This document shows, one piece after another, positions 40,747 through 51,316 of a stretch of DNA of 62,398 nucleotides (position 1 is the stretch's first letter; each line of letters opens with the position of its first letter). The stretch comes from a bacterium (lineage in GTDB: Bacteria > Patescibacteriota > Gracilibacteria > UBA1369 > PNNO01): NCBI GenBank assembly GCA_021158225.1, contig JAGGUZ010000016.1, forward strand, positions 1 through 62,398, given 5' to 3'. The notes under the pieces are model-generated. The model saw only the letters and a program-made list of their open reading frames with translations. It was not told where the DNA came from and did no database searches. Made by a program: the position numbers and the translations under genes.

Positions 40747-42369
40747 ATGGCAACAAAATACATATTTGTTACAGGAGGTGTGTGCAGCTCACTTGGAAAA
40801 GGTATTGCTACCGCATCTATAGGCACCCTTCTGAAAACAGCAGGTTTTCGTGTGTTTACACAAAAATTGGATCCGTATATTAACGTAGATCCCGGAACAA
40901 TGAGCCCTTTTCAACATGGAGAAGTATTTGTAACCAACGATGGAGCGGAAACAGATTTGGATCTCGGTCATTATGAACGTTTTATCGATGTAAACTTATC
41001 CGAACAATCTTCAGTAAGCACCGGTAAAATCTACTCTCAAGTAATAGCCAATGAACGAAAAGGAATATATCTTGGAGGAACAATTCAAATTATTCCACAC
41101 ATAACCAACGAAATAAAAAGAAGGATAAAAGAAGCTGCAAAAAAAAGTAGAGCGGAAATCGTTATCTGCGAAATTGGAGGAACTGTTGGAGATATAGAAG
41201 GACAACCATTTATGGAAGCGATCAGACAACTTAGACAAGAACTTGGAAAAGATAATACAATATTCGTACATTTAACGCTTCTTCCTTATCTACAAGGTTC
41301 AAAAGAATTAAAAACAAAACCGACACAAGCTTCTGTAAGAGAACTCCGAGCAATGGGGATTATTCCAGACTTCATTTTTACAAGAGCCGACTACCCGATT
41401 GCGAAGGAATTGTTAAAGAAAATCTCACTATTTTGCGATGTTCCGGTTGACCATGTAATTCCAACTCCTACGGTAAAATCTATTTACGAGGTTCCTTTAA
41501 TGTTCGAAGAATATAACGTAGCACAACTCATAGGAAAAAAATTAAAGCTCGGGCGTGTAACTCCTAAATTAAAAGAATGGAGAACGCTTGTCGATAAAAT
41601 AAAAAAGGATAGAAAGCCGTTAGAAATCGCCCTTGTTGGAAAATATACAGGCCTTGACGATGCATATCTAAGCGTAATTGAATCGTTAAAAATCGCTTGT
41701 TACCATCAAAACAGAAGCCTCGACCTTATTTGGATAGATTCCGGGAAATTAGAAGAAAACGATGAAAAAACATGGAAGAAATTAAAAGAAGCAGATGGAA
41801 TAGTTGTCCCTGGAGGTTTTGGTATTAGAGGCACGGAAGGTAAAATTCAAGCCGCAAAATATGCACGTGAAAATAAAGTTCCTTACTTGGGTCTTTGTTT
41901 GGGAATGCAAATAATGTCTATTGAATTTGCAAGATATGCTCTTAAAGATCCAAAAATTACATCAGAAGAATTTGATGAAGGGAAAAAACTTGACCCTAAA
42001 GAATATATTATCCATTTTTTACCTGGACAATCCGAAAGCAAAGCCAAAGGTGGGACACTAAGGCTTGGAGCATATCCATGCAGATTAATTCCGGGAACAA
42101 AAACAAAAGCGCTTTACAATAAAAATATTATCAATGAAAGACACAGGCACAGATACGAATTTAACAATAAATTTAAATCTAAGCTTGAGAAAAAAGGTTT
42201 TGTGATTTCAGGAATAAATCCTAAGCAAAATCTGGTTGAAATAGCTGAGATAAAAGATCATCCGTTTATGATCGGATCTCAATTCCATCCTGAATTTCTT
42301 TCCAGACCAAACAGACCGCATCCACTTTTTTACGGATTTGTTAAAGCAAGTATTCAAAATAGTAAGTAA
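40747..42369 (+). CDS. pyrG: CTP synthase
   Basis: TGGVCSSLGKG, KLDPYINVDPGTM, KTKPTQ, GLCLGMQ, RHRHRYE, QFHPE. Confidence 0.97.
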   Translation: MATKYIFVTGGVCSSLGKGIATASIGTLLKTAGFRVFTQKLDPYINVDPGTMSPFQHGEVFVTNDGAETDLDLGHYERFIDVNLSEQSSVSTGKIYSQVIANERKGIYLGGTIQIIPHITNEIKRRIKEAAKKSRAEIVICEIGGTVGDIEGQPFMEAIRQLRQELGKDNTIFVHLTLLPYLQGSKELKTKPTQASVRELRAMGIIPDFIFTRADYPIAKELLKKISLFCDVPVDHVIPTPTVKSIYEVPLMFEEYNVAQLIGKKLKLGRVTPKLKEWRTLVDKIKKDRKPLEIALVGKYTGLDDAYLSVIESLKIACYHQNRSLDLIWIDSGKLEENDEKTWKKLKEADGIVVPGGFGIRGTEGKIQAAKYARENKVPYLGLCLGMQIMSIEFARYALKDPKITSEEFDEGKKLDPKEYIIHFLPGQSESKAKGGTLRLGAYPCRLIPGTKTKALYNKNIINERHRHRYEFNNKFKSKLEKKGFVISGINPKQNLVEIAEIKDHPFMIGSQFHPEFLSRPNRPHPLFYGFVKASIQNSK

Positions 42370-42416
42370 ATACGCTATAATTTACTAGATATGTAAATTT
42401 CAATATTTCAAAACCT

Positions 42417-43808
42417 ATGCCAAAGTTTAGGTATATAATTGTAAACAAAGAAAACAGACAACTTTCCGGAGTTGTTGATGCCCCGGATGTAGATACAGCG
42501 CAAAACGACCTTAAAGAGCTCGGTTTTTCTATAGTTTCGATTGAACAAACAAAGATAAACACTAAAGAAAAAGAAACCGGAATAACTTTTGAATTCAGCG
42601 GAATTGACAAACAAAAAAGAAACATACTTGGAACAATTGTTTCCGAAGACAGATACAGTGCATTTAAAAGACTTATAACAGAATACGATCTTGATGTTAG
42701 ATATATAGTTCAAGCTGATTTGAAAGACAAAGAAAAATTCAAAAAAGCCGGGATTATAGATTTAATGAAACAATATCAGAAAGAAGTAGAAGAAAATACT
42801 CGAATGTTTCATAAAGAAAAACTCAAAAAAATAGACAGAACATTCGACAAGAAAAAAGCTCTTGTTATGAGGCAAGTTGATTTTGTATTAGCAAAAGTAT
42901 CTAAGGCTATAGATACTTTTGCTAACGATTTGAACCCTCAAAACAAGCAAGAAATTAAAGATTACGTAAATAAAATTCTTCGTCTTAAAAACACGACAAA
43001 CTTAGATTATTTAAAAAACACATGCCAAGATTTATTAAAATATCTTCAAAGAGCAGAAATATTTATATCAAAAAAGAGCCGATTAAATGAGAAACTCGGA
43101 CTATACACCCAAACACAAGAGATGATTGACGGATTGCAACGCGGAAAAGATTTTGGCATATACGAAGACTTGCAAGACCAGATTGAAAGATGGAAATCCG
43201 AACATATTAAAGGTAGAAAAAAAATCCCTTTTGGAGATAAAATTACAAATTTTTTCTACACAATCATTCTTAAAGTAATTTATGAAGATAAAGAAATAAG
43301 AATAGTCAAAAAAGAAATTAACAGCTTAAATCGTGACATAAAACAATATTTTCGCATAATTTTAAAATCTAAAGATCCTGAATACAAAAAAGTCGCAAGT
43401 GTAAGCCTTAAAAGTCTACGAACGAAAAAGAAGAAATTAAAAGAGAAATTAGCAATTCTTAAAAAAAATGAAAGGAACAAATTAAATTCCGAAGGTAATT
43501 TAAATATATTCGAAAAAATAATATATCTTATTAACGGACTAAGCGGTTGGTTATTATTTTATTATTTATTTTATTATTTTGTAGCTGAAATTATTATAGA
43601 TAAAGAGTTTATCTATTCAAATTTAGATATTCCAAGTTTGTTTTTCCTATTTAATACCGGACTTATTAAATACATATTGCCTTTAGTTTTTCTCCTGCAT
43701 ATTACTACAAGTATGAAGCTTAATTTCTTCAAAAAAAATGGTATTGCGGATTTAATCTTGGTCCCTGTTTTCACCCTTGCATCATTGTTAATTGTTTTTA
43801 ATTTCTAA
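42417..43808 (+). CDS. Hypothetical membrane protein: two PilC/GspF N-terminal-like modules, coiled coil, three C-terminal TMs
   Basis: MPKFRY..NKENRQLSGVVDA.D...A...L...G; second copy FEFSGIDKQKRNILGTI.S.D...A...L; hydrophobic C-terminus. Confidence 0.65.
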   Translation: MPKFRYIIVNKENRQLSGVVDAPDVDTAQNDLKELGFSIVSIEQTKINTKEKETGITFEFSGIDKQKRNILGTIVSEDRYSAFKRLITEYDLDVRYIVQADLKDKEKFKKAGIIDLMKQYQKEVEENTRMFHKEKLKKIDRTFDKKKALVMRQVDFVLAKVSKAIDTFANDLNPQNKQEIKDYVNKILRLKNTTNLDYLKNTCQDLLKYLQRAEIFISKKSRLNEKLGLYTQTQEMIDGLQRGKDFGIYEDLQDQIERWKSEHIKGRKKIPFGDKITNFFYTIILKVIYEDKEIRIVKKEINSLNRDIKQYFRIILKSKDPEYKKVASVSLKSLRTKKKKLKEKLAILKKNERNKLNSEGNLNIFEKIIYLINGLSGWLLFYYLFYYFVAEIIIDKEFIYSNLDIPSLFFLFNTGLIKYILPLVFLLHITTSMKLNFFKKNGIADLILVPVFTLASLLIVFNF

Positions 43809-43870
43809 TTGCTAATACAAGTACATTTTAGGTACAATTGCGATCGTATTATGTTTATATCAAATCGCTC

Positions 43871-44671
43871 ATGTTTCCTGTACTCATACAAATAGGACCG
43901 ATTGTAGTTTATTCTTTATGGCTTTTTGCAGGAATAGGATTCTTGTTCGGGGTGTTTGTATTTTCTTTTATCGCTCAGCAAAAAAGACTCAATATAAGTT
44001 TTATTTACGATCATAGTATTAGTCTATTCATTTTTGGAATGATTAGTTCAAGATTGTTTTTTGTTTTAGAAAATTTCCAATATTATTTTCAAGATTATTC
44101 AATCCAATCTTTTACAAAGATATTCTTTGTTTGGGATAAAGGATTATCGCTTCTGGGATGTCTTGTCGGAATAATATTGGCTCTTTTCTACTACTCAAAA
44201 AAAGAGCACGAACAAACAAAAAAATGGCTTGATATACTAACAATTTCAACTATATCCGCACTTGCAATAGGTCATATTGGAACATTTTTAGATGGCAGTT
44301 CATATGGGAATGTCACTTCTCTACCTTGGGGAATGATTTTTGACAATCCATCTATAAAATATGCAGTCCCAATTCATCCTACACAACTTTATGCATTTTT
44401 ATACAGTACCATACTTGCAATTTCCTTATTTATTTATTATCGCCGAAAAAAACCCATTGCAGGCAAAATAACGATTATAGGATTAGTCAGTTATTTCTCA
44501 TTTATATTTCTTGAAGGATTTTTACGTGGAGACGATGTATTTATGTATGCCGGATTAAGAGAAGAACAATGGTTCTCATTGCTAATATTTATAATTATTG
44601 GCGGATATTTGTTAAGAAGGTATAATAGAAAACGAAAATCACAAGAATCAAAAAAATCTAACTCTGTTTAA
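43871..44671 (+). CDS. lgt: Prolipoprotein diacylglyceryl transferase (Lgt) family protein, divergent signature
   Basis: SRLFFV, WDKGLS, GHIGTFLDGSSYG, LPWG, HPTQLY, EGFLR; ATG 43871. Confidence 0.8.
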   Translation: MFPVLIQIGPIVVYSLWLFAGIGFLFGVFVFSFIAQQKRLNISFIYDHSISLFIFGMISSRLFFVLENFQYYFQDYSIQSFTKIFFVWDKGLSLLGCLVGIILALFYYSKKEHEQTKKWLDILTISTISALAIGHIGTFLDGSSYGNVTSLPWGMIFDNPSIKYAVPIHPTQLYAFLYSTILAISLFIYYRRKKPIAGKITIIGLVSYFSFIFLEGFLRGDDVFMYAGLREEQWFSLLIFIIIGGYLLRRYNRKRKSQESKKSNSV

Positions 44672-44673
44672 TT

Positions 44674-45078
44674 ATGCCAAGCCTATCCGAAATTATTGCG
44701 TGGGGAACAAGTCCGAATGTTTCAAGAATAATAATTGCTATTTTAGTGGGATATATAATCCTTCTATGGATATCTATAATTATATGGACTACAAAAGATA
44801 TAGTTAGCAGATCCAATAATGTTATATATCAACTTGTTTCGATTTTATTAGTTGTAATATTTAACCTTTTCGGATTAATTATTTATATTACTATCAGACC
44901 GGCTAAAACACTCATAGAAAAGTTTTTTGAAGATCTGGAATATGAAGCTCTTTCTCAAACTACAGAGGAAAAAACGCAATCGCAATCGAAACCAAAAAAA
45001 GCATCCGGCAGAAAACTCGAGAACAATAAAAGCAATAAAAAAAAGAATAAGAAGAAGAAAAAAAATAATATAACTTAA
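44674..45078 (+). CDS. Small membrane protein (PLDc_N-like hairpin) with basic tail
   Basis: W..KDI..RS..LLV..FN.FGL.IY..IRP.KTL; two to three TM segments. Confidence 0.65.
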   Translation: MPSLSEIIAWGTSPNVSRIIIAILVGYIILLWISIIIWTTKDIVSRSNNVIYQLVSILLVVIFNLFGLIIYITIRPAKTLIEKFFEDLEYEALSQTTEEKTQSQSKPKKASGRKLENNKSNKKKNKKKKKNNIT

Positions 45079-45090
45079 CTAAAATCAATT

Positions 45091-45495
45091 ATGCAATTTA
45101 TCAGTTATCTATTCAGTCCTATTCCCGTATCTGTTTTCCATTATTCGTTTTATCTGATAATTTATTCAATTGCCCTAATAGTAATTGCAATCGCCATGAA
45201 AATTATTATTGCAAAGAAAAGCAGTAAAGCTCTTAGAAGAGTTTACAGGAATATGCCGAGTCATTTTATTTGGATAGCCTTAACACTTATTATCCTTATT
45301 GAGTCGCGCACCAATGCAATCCCCTATTTAAGCATGAGATTCCTTCTTTATATAGTAATCCTAATCTCAATTTATTTGGTAGCAATAAATATATATCGTT
45401 TTTTCACAAAATATCCAAAAGTAAAAAACATAATTAAAACAAAGCCCAATAAACAGGAAAACAAACATCATTACTCTACTTCCAAGAAGAAGTAA
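45091..45495 (+). CDS. Hypothetical 3-TM membrane protein
   Basis: Hydrophobic helices, IPYLSMRF motif, basic C-terminus. Confidence 0.7.
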   Translation: MQFISYLFSPIPVSVFHYSFYLIIYSIALIVIAIAMKIIIAKKSSKALRRVYRNMPSHFIWIALTLIILIESRTNAIPYLSMRFLLYIVILISIYLVAINIYRFFTKYPKVKNIIKTKPNKQENKHHYSTSKKK

Positions 45496-46710
45496 TTATT
45501 CCAAAGCAAGATTAATTCTTAAAAACCCTTCTTTATCTATTAACATAATGAGGGGTTTTGTTTGAGAAACATATACATCTTTATTGAAAATATCATTTTT
45601 TAGAATCGGACAATTATCCATTGTCATATCACATAAAAGCAAATTCTTATTCTGCAATATAAAAATATGTTCATTATCGTAAAGCCAATCGAACCAAGAA
45701 ATTTCTTTAGCAAATCTGGCAACTAATTTATTTTTTTCGGTTTCAAACAAGTATACATAAAGTTCCCCATAATTTGATTGATAAAGAATTTTATCCCCAA
45801 GCGGAGAAATATAAATTTTAGAATTAACACCGGAAGCAATTAATGTAAGAACTCCATCCTTATATGTATAAAGATCATCATCAAGTTTTATGAAAATAAA
45901 ATCGTTATCAGCTTGAATACTAATTTCCTTTATTTTAAGTTTATTTTTTATTAAAATTATTTTGTTGAAAACTCCGGCATCACTTATATCCACAACAAAA
46001 AGTGCTCCATTATTTACATAAATTCCTTTTAAATTTGATGTGTAAACAAGCTTAAAATTTATAAACTCATCTGGGATAATAATCTTTATAAATTCGCCGG
46101 AAGAAAGATTAAGAAGATTGATGAGATGTCTATCCTCAAATGCCAAATATTTCTTCCCGACATTATAAACTTTTTTATAAACAATCGTAGTCGGCAAGGT
46201 AATTGTCTTAATTCTATCTTCATCCTCTCCACCCATGTTCAATTCATAAATTAAACTGTTTTTATTATCCAAGAAGAAAAGATCGTCCCCGTTAGAAATC
46301 ATCTTATCGTAAACGAAGTCAAATTTCCCAATCTTACTAAGACCTTCCAAATGCTTCGGAACCAAATAAATACCACTAACTCTTGTAACAAGATCCGGAG
46401 CCACTTCAACAGTTTTCTTCCAATTATGAAAATTCTCACTTTTTATATCGATATTATAAGTCCCCGGTCTAACATTTTTTATTTGATAAGGTAATTTATT
46501 TCCCGCCTCCTCTCCATTTAGGATAATAGAAACATTCGGATAATCCCCTGAAAAATCGATTATACTTGTTTTAACAATGTTCCTGTGCAGAAGATCTACT
46601 TGATATCCGTACGCAGCCAAAAGTGCATAAGAAGTGGCAAAAACGAACAATAAAACACCGGAAATGTGCAAAATAATCTTAAAAAGCTTCCTTCTTCTGG
46701 AATTTGCCAT
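45496..46710 (-). CDS. Membrane-anchored PEGA-domain protein with probable beta-propeller
   Basis: TM + AYGYQ; PNVSIILNG..PGTYNI.I....F..W.K.V.V (PEGA); ISPLGDKILY, WLYDNEHI, CD.D.DNC. Confidence 0.7.
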   Translation of the reverse strand: MANSRRRKLFKIILHISGVLLFVFATSYALLAAYGYQVDLLHRNIVKTSIIDFSGDYPNVSIILNGEEAGNKLPYQIKNVRPGTYNIDIKSENFHNWKKTVEVAPDLVTRVSGIYLVPKHLEGLSKIGKFDFVYDKMISNGDDLFFLDNKNSLIYELNMGGEDEDRIKTITLPTTIVYKKVYNVGKKYLAFEDRHLINLLNLSSGEFIKIIIPDEFINFKLVYTSNLKGIYVNNGALFVVDISDAGVFNKIILIKNKLKIKEISIQADNDFIFIKLDDDLYTYKDGVLTLIASGVNSKIYISPLGDKILYQSNYGELYVYLFETEKNKLVARFAKEISWFDWLYDNEHIFILQNKNLLLCDMTMDNCPILKNDIFNKDVYVSQTKPLIMLIDKEGFLRINLALE

Positions 46711-47205
46711 CTATTTAATGTTGATAATTTCGTACTCCATAACTCCAAGTGGAACCACAACCTTTACTTTATCTCCAACAACCTTATCAAGAAGAGCATT
46801 CCCTACAGGTGATTCATTTGAAATTTTATTCTCGTAATCAGCCTCTGTTGAACCAACAATAGTATACTCAACAGGCTTTGATCCTTTAATCGACTTGTTT
46901 TTTATAACTACGGTTGATCCAAGTTGCACAGTTTTTGTACCGGTTTTCTTCTTTTCATCAATAATCTTTATGCTTTTAACTTTTCCTTCAAGCTCCAAAA
47001 TACGACCTTCTGTAAACGCTTGCTCATTTTTAGCCTCTTCGTATTCAGAGTTTTCAGATAAATCTCCATAACTTATTGCTTCTTTTATTCTGGCCGCAAT
47101 TTCCTTACGTTTAACATTTTTTAAATTATCTAATTCTGCAAGAAGTTTTTTATATCCATCCTTGGTTACTAAAGTTACTTTTTCATCATTTGTTTGTATT
47201 GCCAT
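46711..47205 (-). CDS. greA: Transcription elongation factor GreA
   Basis: GDLSENSEYEEAK.EQ, IVGS.EAD, ISNESPVG.AL. Confidence 0.96.
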   Translation of the reverse strand: MAIQTNDEKVTLVTKDGYKKLLAELDNLKNVKRKEIAARIKEAISYGDLSENSEYEEAKNEQAFTEGRILELEGKVKSIKIIDEKKKTGTKTVQLGSTVVIKNKSIKGSKPVEYTIVGSTEADYENKISNESPVGNALLDKVVGDKVKVVVPLGVMEYEIINIK

Positions 47206-47230
47206 AATTTTAATAAAGTTAAGTAATTTA

Positions 47231-48352
47231 TTAGTTAGGTCTGATTTTCACACTCGTAGGATGCTCTTTGAGTTTTTGAAGTACTTTAGCTTCAATTTGC
47301 CTAATACGCTCACGAGTAACATTAAACTCGTGTCCAACTTCCTCCAATGTATGTCCAACTCCATCTTTAAGCCCAAAACGCATTTCTATAATTTTCCTTT
47401 CACGGGGAGAAAGATATTGAAGCATTTCATGTATATTTTCTTTAATAATTTGCCTATTGGTAGCATCAGACGGAGAAAGCGCATCATCATCTTCAATAAA
47501 ATCCCCAAGCTTACTGTCTTCTTCCGTTCCAACCGGAGCTTCCAAAGAAACAATATCTTGAGAAATTTTCATAATATGACGAACTTTTTTAATATCTATA
47601 TCCATTTCTGCGGCAAGCTCCTCGATAGCAGGTTCACGCCCAAGCTCTTGAACAAGTCTTCTTTGAGCATGAGTCAACTTATTTATAGTCTCAACCATAT
47701 GCACCGGAATTCTAATTGTCCTCGCTTGATCAGCAATTGCACGAGTTATAGCTTGTCTAATCCACCATGTGGCATATGTTGAAAACTTAAACCCTCTATT
47801 CGGATCAAATTTCTCAACAGCCCTAAACAGTCCAATATTCCCTTCTTGAATAAGATCCAAAAATGAAAGACCTCTACCTATATATTTTTTTGCGATACTC
47901 ACTACAAGCCTTAAATTGGCCTCTGCAAGCTTTTGTTTGGCTGTTTGATCACCTTTTCTAATAGCACGAGCAAGGTCTATTTCTTCTTTCGCTGTAAGAA
48001 GTGGAACTTTCCCTATTTCACAAAGATATAAACGGATAGAATCGTTTGCAATTTCCCTAAGTTCAACGGTTTTCTTTTCTTTTTTTGTTGATCCTTTTTT
48101 CTCTTTCTCTTTATTCTTCCAGATCATCGCATCTTTAACATCAATCACATCAATTCCCAAATCCAAGAAAAGACTGTAAATCTCATCTAAAAGTAGCAGA
48201 TCGTCTTCTACATTAGGAACAGCTTTCATAAGTTCCTGCTGAGTCACAAACCCTTGTTGCCTCCCTTTCTTAACAAGCATCCTTACCTCGGGAGGGAATT
48301 GAGCAAGTTTATCATCCGTTGGCTGGACAATGAATTTTTTTGTACGTACCAT
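47231..48352 (-). CDS. rpoD: Primary sigma factor RpoD/SigA
   Basis: [60 protein letters not shown]. Confidence 0.97.
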   Translation of the reverse strand: MVRTKKFIVQPTDDKLAQFPPEVRMLVKKGRQQGFVTQQELMKAVPNVEDDLLLLDEIYSLFLDLGIDVIDVKDAMIWKNKEKEKKGSTKKEKKTVELREIANDSIRLYLCEIGKVPLLTAKEEIDLARAIRKGDQTAKQKLAEANLRLVVSIAKKYIGRGLSFLDLIQEGNIGLFRAVEKFDPNRGFKFSTYATWWIRQAITRAIADQARTIRIPVHMVETINKLTHAQRRLVQELGREPAIEELAAEMDIDIKKVRHIMKISQDIVSLEAPVGTEEDSKLGDFIEDDDALSPSDATNRQIIKENIHEMLQYLSPRERKIIEMRFGLKDGVGHTLEEVGHEFNVTRERIRQIEAKVLQKLKEHPTSVKIRPN

Positions 48353-48362
48353 ACAATGTATT

Positions 48363-50141
48363 TTAAGAACTCACGAGTTGTTGAAGTTTTGTAAGCAGTT
48401 TTTTTGCAGTTTCCGTATCCCCTTCTTTTTCCGCAGTTCGAATCTGTGCGGATATATCGCGTCTTTGCTTATTCTGTAATCTTTTTGTTACTTTATCAAG
48501 CAGTTTTTTCGCCTCACTTTGAATCATTTCTTCACTATACATCCCATACAGTTCATCAATAAAAAGTGAGATCATCTCTAGCCTCTGCCTAATATTCAAC
48601 TTAAGACACGCTAAAAATCCATTCCTCTTACCCTCTGCTCGAAGCAAATTATAGTTATCTTTAATACCCTTGTAAATGCTTTTTTCGTTTTCTTCAAGCA
48701 TTTTTTCAGGAATATTACTAAAAACATCTTCAAGAATCAAAGGATGCTCGAAAATTAAACCTAAAAGCAAATCCAAACTGTTAATTTTTTCATTACTGGA
48801 TTGCAATAATTCCTCAGATTTATTTTTCTTCTCTGCAAATAAAGAATTGTGGATTTTACTATTCTTAAGCTCATCATAAATAACCACTTCTTTAATATCT
48901 AAATTCCGCGCAAGCTCACGCACAAAATAATCTTTCTCAAACGAACTTGTAAGCATATGAAAAAACGGCATCATCGTGTCAAGAATTTGTTTTTTCCCTT
49001 TAAGAGATTTTGAATCGTTTGACACAATAACATCATCAATACAAAATTGCATAAACGGAACCACTTTATTCAACAACAATGCCCAATCATCAGAGTTTTC
49101 CTTTATAAAATCAGCAGGATCTTTCGCATTAAGACCGGTTATTACTTCAACATTCATCCCCTCGCTCTGAGCCAATTCAAATCCACGTTTCGCCGCTTGC
49201 CTCCCGGCACTATCGGTATCAAAACTAAATATCATATTTTTTGTAAAACGCTTTATAAGTTTTATTTGCGGAAGAGTAAGCGCAGTTCCAGAAGTCGCCA
49301 CAACATTCGTTATATTTACTTGGTTAGACATAATCACATCAAAATATCCCTCAACAAGAATAACTTTATCATTTTTTTTAATACTGTCTTTTGCAAAATT
49401 ATATCCGTAAAGAACCTCGCTTTTATTATATATCGGCGAATCAGGAGAATTAAGGTATTTCGGCTGATCATCTTGTTTTAATGCTCTTCCTCCAAAACCG
49501 ATTATCCTTCCCGAATGATCATAAATAGGAATCATCAATCTTGCTCTGAAACGATCATAAACATTGTCCACTTGAGTGTTTTTTGCTATTGCCAAACCCG
49601 CAAGTGCAATCATTTTTCTTGAATATCCGGCCTTAACCAAATACATATGTGTTTCGTCAAAAGAATCCGGAGAAAGACCAAAATGAAAACTGTGTATCGT
49701 CTCATCCTTAAGCCCTCTCCCTCTCAAATATTCAAGCACCTTTGATCCTTTTTCAGTATTCCACAATTTATCTTCATAAAACGCAGAAACTTTTACATGC
49801 ATATCGTGAAGTTCGGTTTTTTCCGATTTTGAATGGGAATTCTCTCCGGTAAATTGATAATCGGCTATATCTATACCGGCTTTATCAGCTAAAATTTTGA
49901 TTGCATCTTTAAATTCCACCCCTTCTACTTCTTGAATAAAATTAATAATATCTCCACCCTTATGACAGCCAAAACAATAAGCGATTTGTTTTTCCGGACT
50001 AACCATAAAACTCGGCGTTTTTTCATCATGGAAAGGACATAAACCTTTAAAATTCTTACCGGATTGTTTTAAATGAACATATTGAGATACAACATCCTCA
50101 ATATTAAGTCTTGCCTTAATGTCAGCAACAATATCCGGCAT
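48363..50141 (-). CDS. dnaG: DNA primase
   Basis: [46 protein letters not shown]; ATG 50141. Confidence 0.96.
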   Translation of the reverse strand: MPDIVADIKARLNIEDVVSQYVHLKQSGKNFKGLCPFHDEKTPSFMVSPEKQIAYCFGCHKGGDIINFIQEVEGVEFKDAIKILADKAGIDIADYQFTGENSHSKSEKTELHDMHVKVSAFYEDKLWNTEKGSKVLEYLRGRGLKDETIHSFHFGLSPDSFDETHMYLVKAGYSRKMIALAGLAIAKNTQVDNVYDRFRARLMIPIYDHSGRIIGFGGRALKQDDQPKYLNSPDSPIYNKSEVLYGYNFAKDSIKKNDKVILVEGYFDVIMSNQVNITNVVATSGTALTLPQIKLIKRFTKNMIFSFDTDSAGRQAAKRGFELAQSEGMNVEVITGLNAKDPADFIKENSDDWALLLNKVVPFMQFCIDDVIVSNDSKSLKGKKQILDTMMPFFHMLTSSFEKDYFVRELARNLDIKEVVIYDELKNSKIHNSLFAEKKNKSEELLQSSNEKINSLDLLLGLIFEHPLILEDVFSNIPEKMLEENEKSIYKGIKDNYNLLRAEGKRNGFLACLKLNIRQRLEMISLFIDELYGMYSEEMIQSEAKKLLDKVTKRLQNKQRRDISAQIRTAEKEGDTETAKKLLTKLQQLVSS

Positions 50142-50248
50142 TGTTTTGTTTACCCAAATAGTAAAGCGGGACTTTATTTTAAAGAGCTTCAAAGAATAAA
50201 TCAACCAGATGAGTTAGCAATACTGTGAAACAACATAGTATCAACTAT

Positions 50249-51307
50249 TTAAAGCTTTTTAAGTCTTCTAACCCCATAAAACACAATAATTGTAGCCATT
50301 ATCACCATTAAAAGCCCCATCGCGATCATAAGGAATAATTTCTGCGTTGTCCCGAGGAAAATAGCACTTCCTCCAAAAAACGCACAAAGGGCATAGATAA
50401 GTAGCAAAGCCTTTCTTTCAGTTAGACCGACTTCCAAAAGTCTGTGATGTAAATGCTTTAAATCCCCCTGCATAGGAGATTTTCCGTGAGCAATTCTACG
50501 TGTGACTACCCAAAATGTATCTAAAATAGGAAATCCAAGAACTAAAAACGCAGTTGCAACCTTTCCTCCTGAATAAATAGCAGAAACAGCTATCAGAAAA
50601 CCAAGAAACATACTTCCGGTATCCCCCATCAAAATCTTGGCCGGATGAAAATCAAAAAGCCAAAAAGCGAATGTACTACCGGCAATAATAACAGCAAGAG
50701 TAGCAATAGTAGTTTGATCAATAACATTGTAATCACCAATACTCAGCGCAAAAAATGTAAGAGCCGCAATAAAAGAGACACCACTTACAAGTCCGTTTAA
50801 TCCATCCAAAAAATTCATTGTATTTACAATTAAAACAATCCATACAATAGTAAATAAGTCAGCCAGAAGAGTAATCTGTACAACAATATTTCCAAGCGGA
50901 AATTCAACTCCAAATTGATCCAAAATAATATCCGGACCAAGAGGATTGGAAATAGAACTTATTCCTATACCTGAAATTACAATTGTTAAAGCCGCAAGAA
51001 ATTGCACAAAAAGACGTATCCAAGGACTTACATCAAAAAGATCATCTAAAAAACTTATAGAAGCTATAAGGAGGGCTCCAATCAAAAGCCCGATTACATG
51101 AATATCCACATGCACAAAAATAATAGTAGAAAGAACAAAAACTACAACAAGAACAAGCCCACCATAATATGGAATCGGCTTTCTTTTAAGCCCATATTTA
51201 TTGGGTCTATCCATAAGCCCCCACTTTGGGAAAAACTTTATAGCCAGCAACACAAGTATTATTGTAGTAACAAATGCAAATAATGTCGGGAAAAGGAATT
51301 TAATCAT
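50249..51307 (-). CDS. WecA/TagO-like polyprenyl-phosphate HexNAc-1-phosphate transferase (MraY/GT4 family)
   Basis: P..GG, SFLDD, NTMNFLDGLNGL, PAKILMGDTGS, DLKHLHHRL. Confidence 0.9.
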   Translation of the reverse strand: MIKFLFPTLFAFVTTIILVLLAIKFFPKWGLMDRPNKYGLKRKPIPYYGGLVLVVVFVLSTIIFVHVDIHVIGLLIGALLIASISFLDDLFDVSPWIRLFVQFLAALTIVISGIGISSISNPLGPDIILDQFGVEFPLGNIVVQITLLADLFTIVWIVLIVNTMNFLDGLNGLVSGVSFIAALTFFALSIGDYNVIDQTTIATLAVIIAGSTFAFWLFDFHPAKILMGDTGSMFLGFLIAVSAIYSGGKVATAFLVLGFPILDTFWVVTRRIAHGKSPMQGDLKHLHHRLLEVGLTERKALLLIYALCAFFGGSAIFLGTTQKLFLMIAMGLLMVIMATIIVFYGVRRLKKL

Positions 51308-51316
51308 AATAATAAT

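Noticed and set aside
45480-45510. Strand switch as replication terminus
   Set aside because: Two stop codons abut with no intergenic DNA or dif site, and orientation flips back at 56996; skew cannot be computed here.
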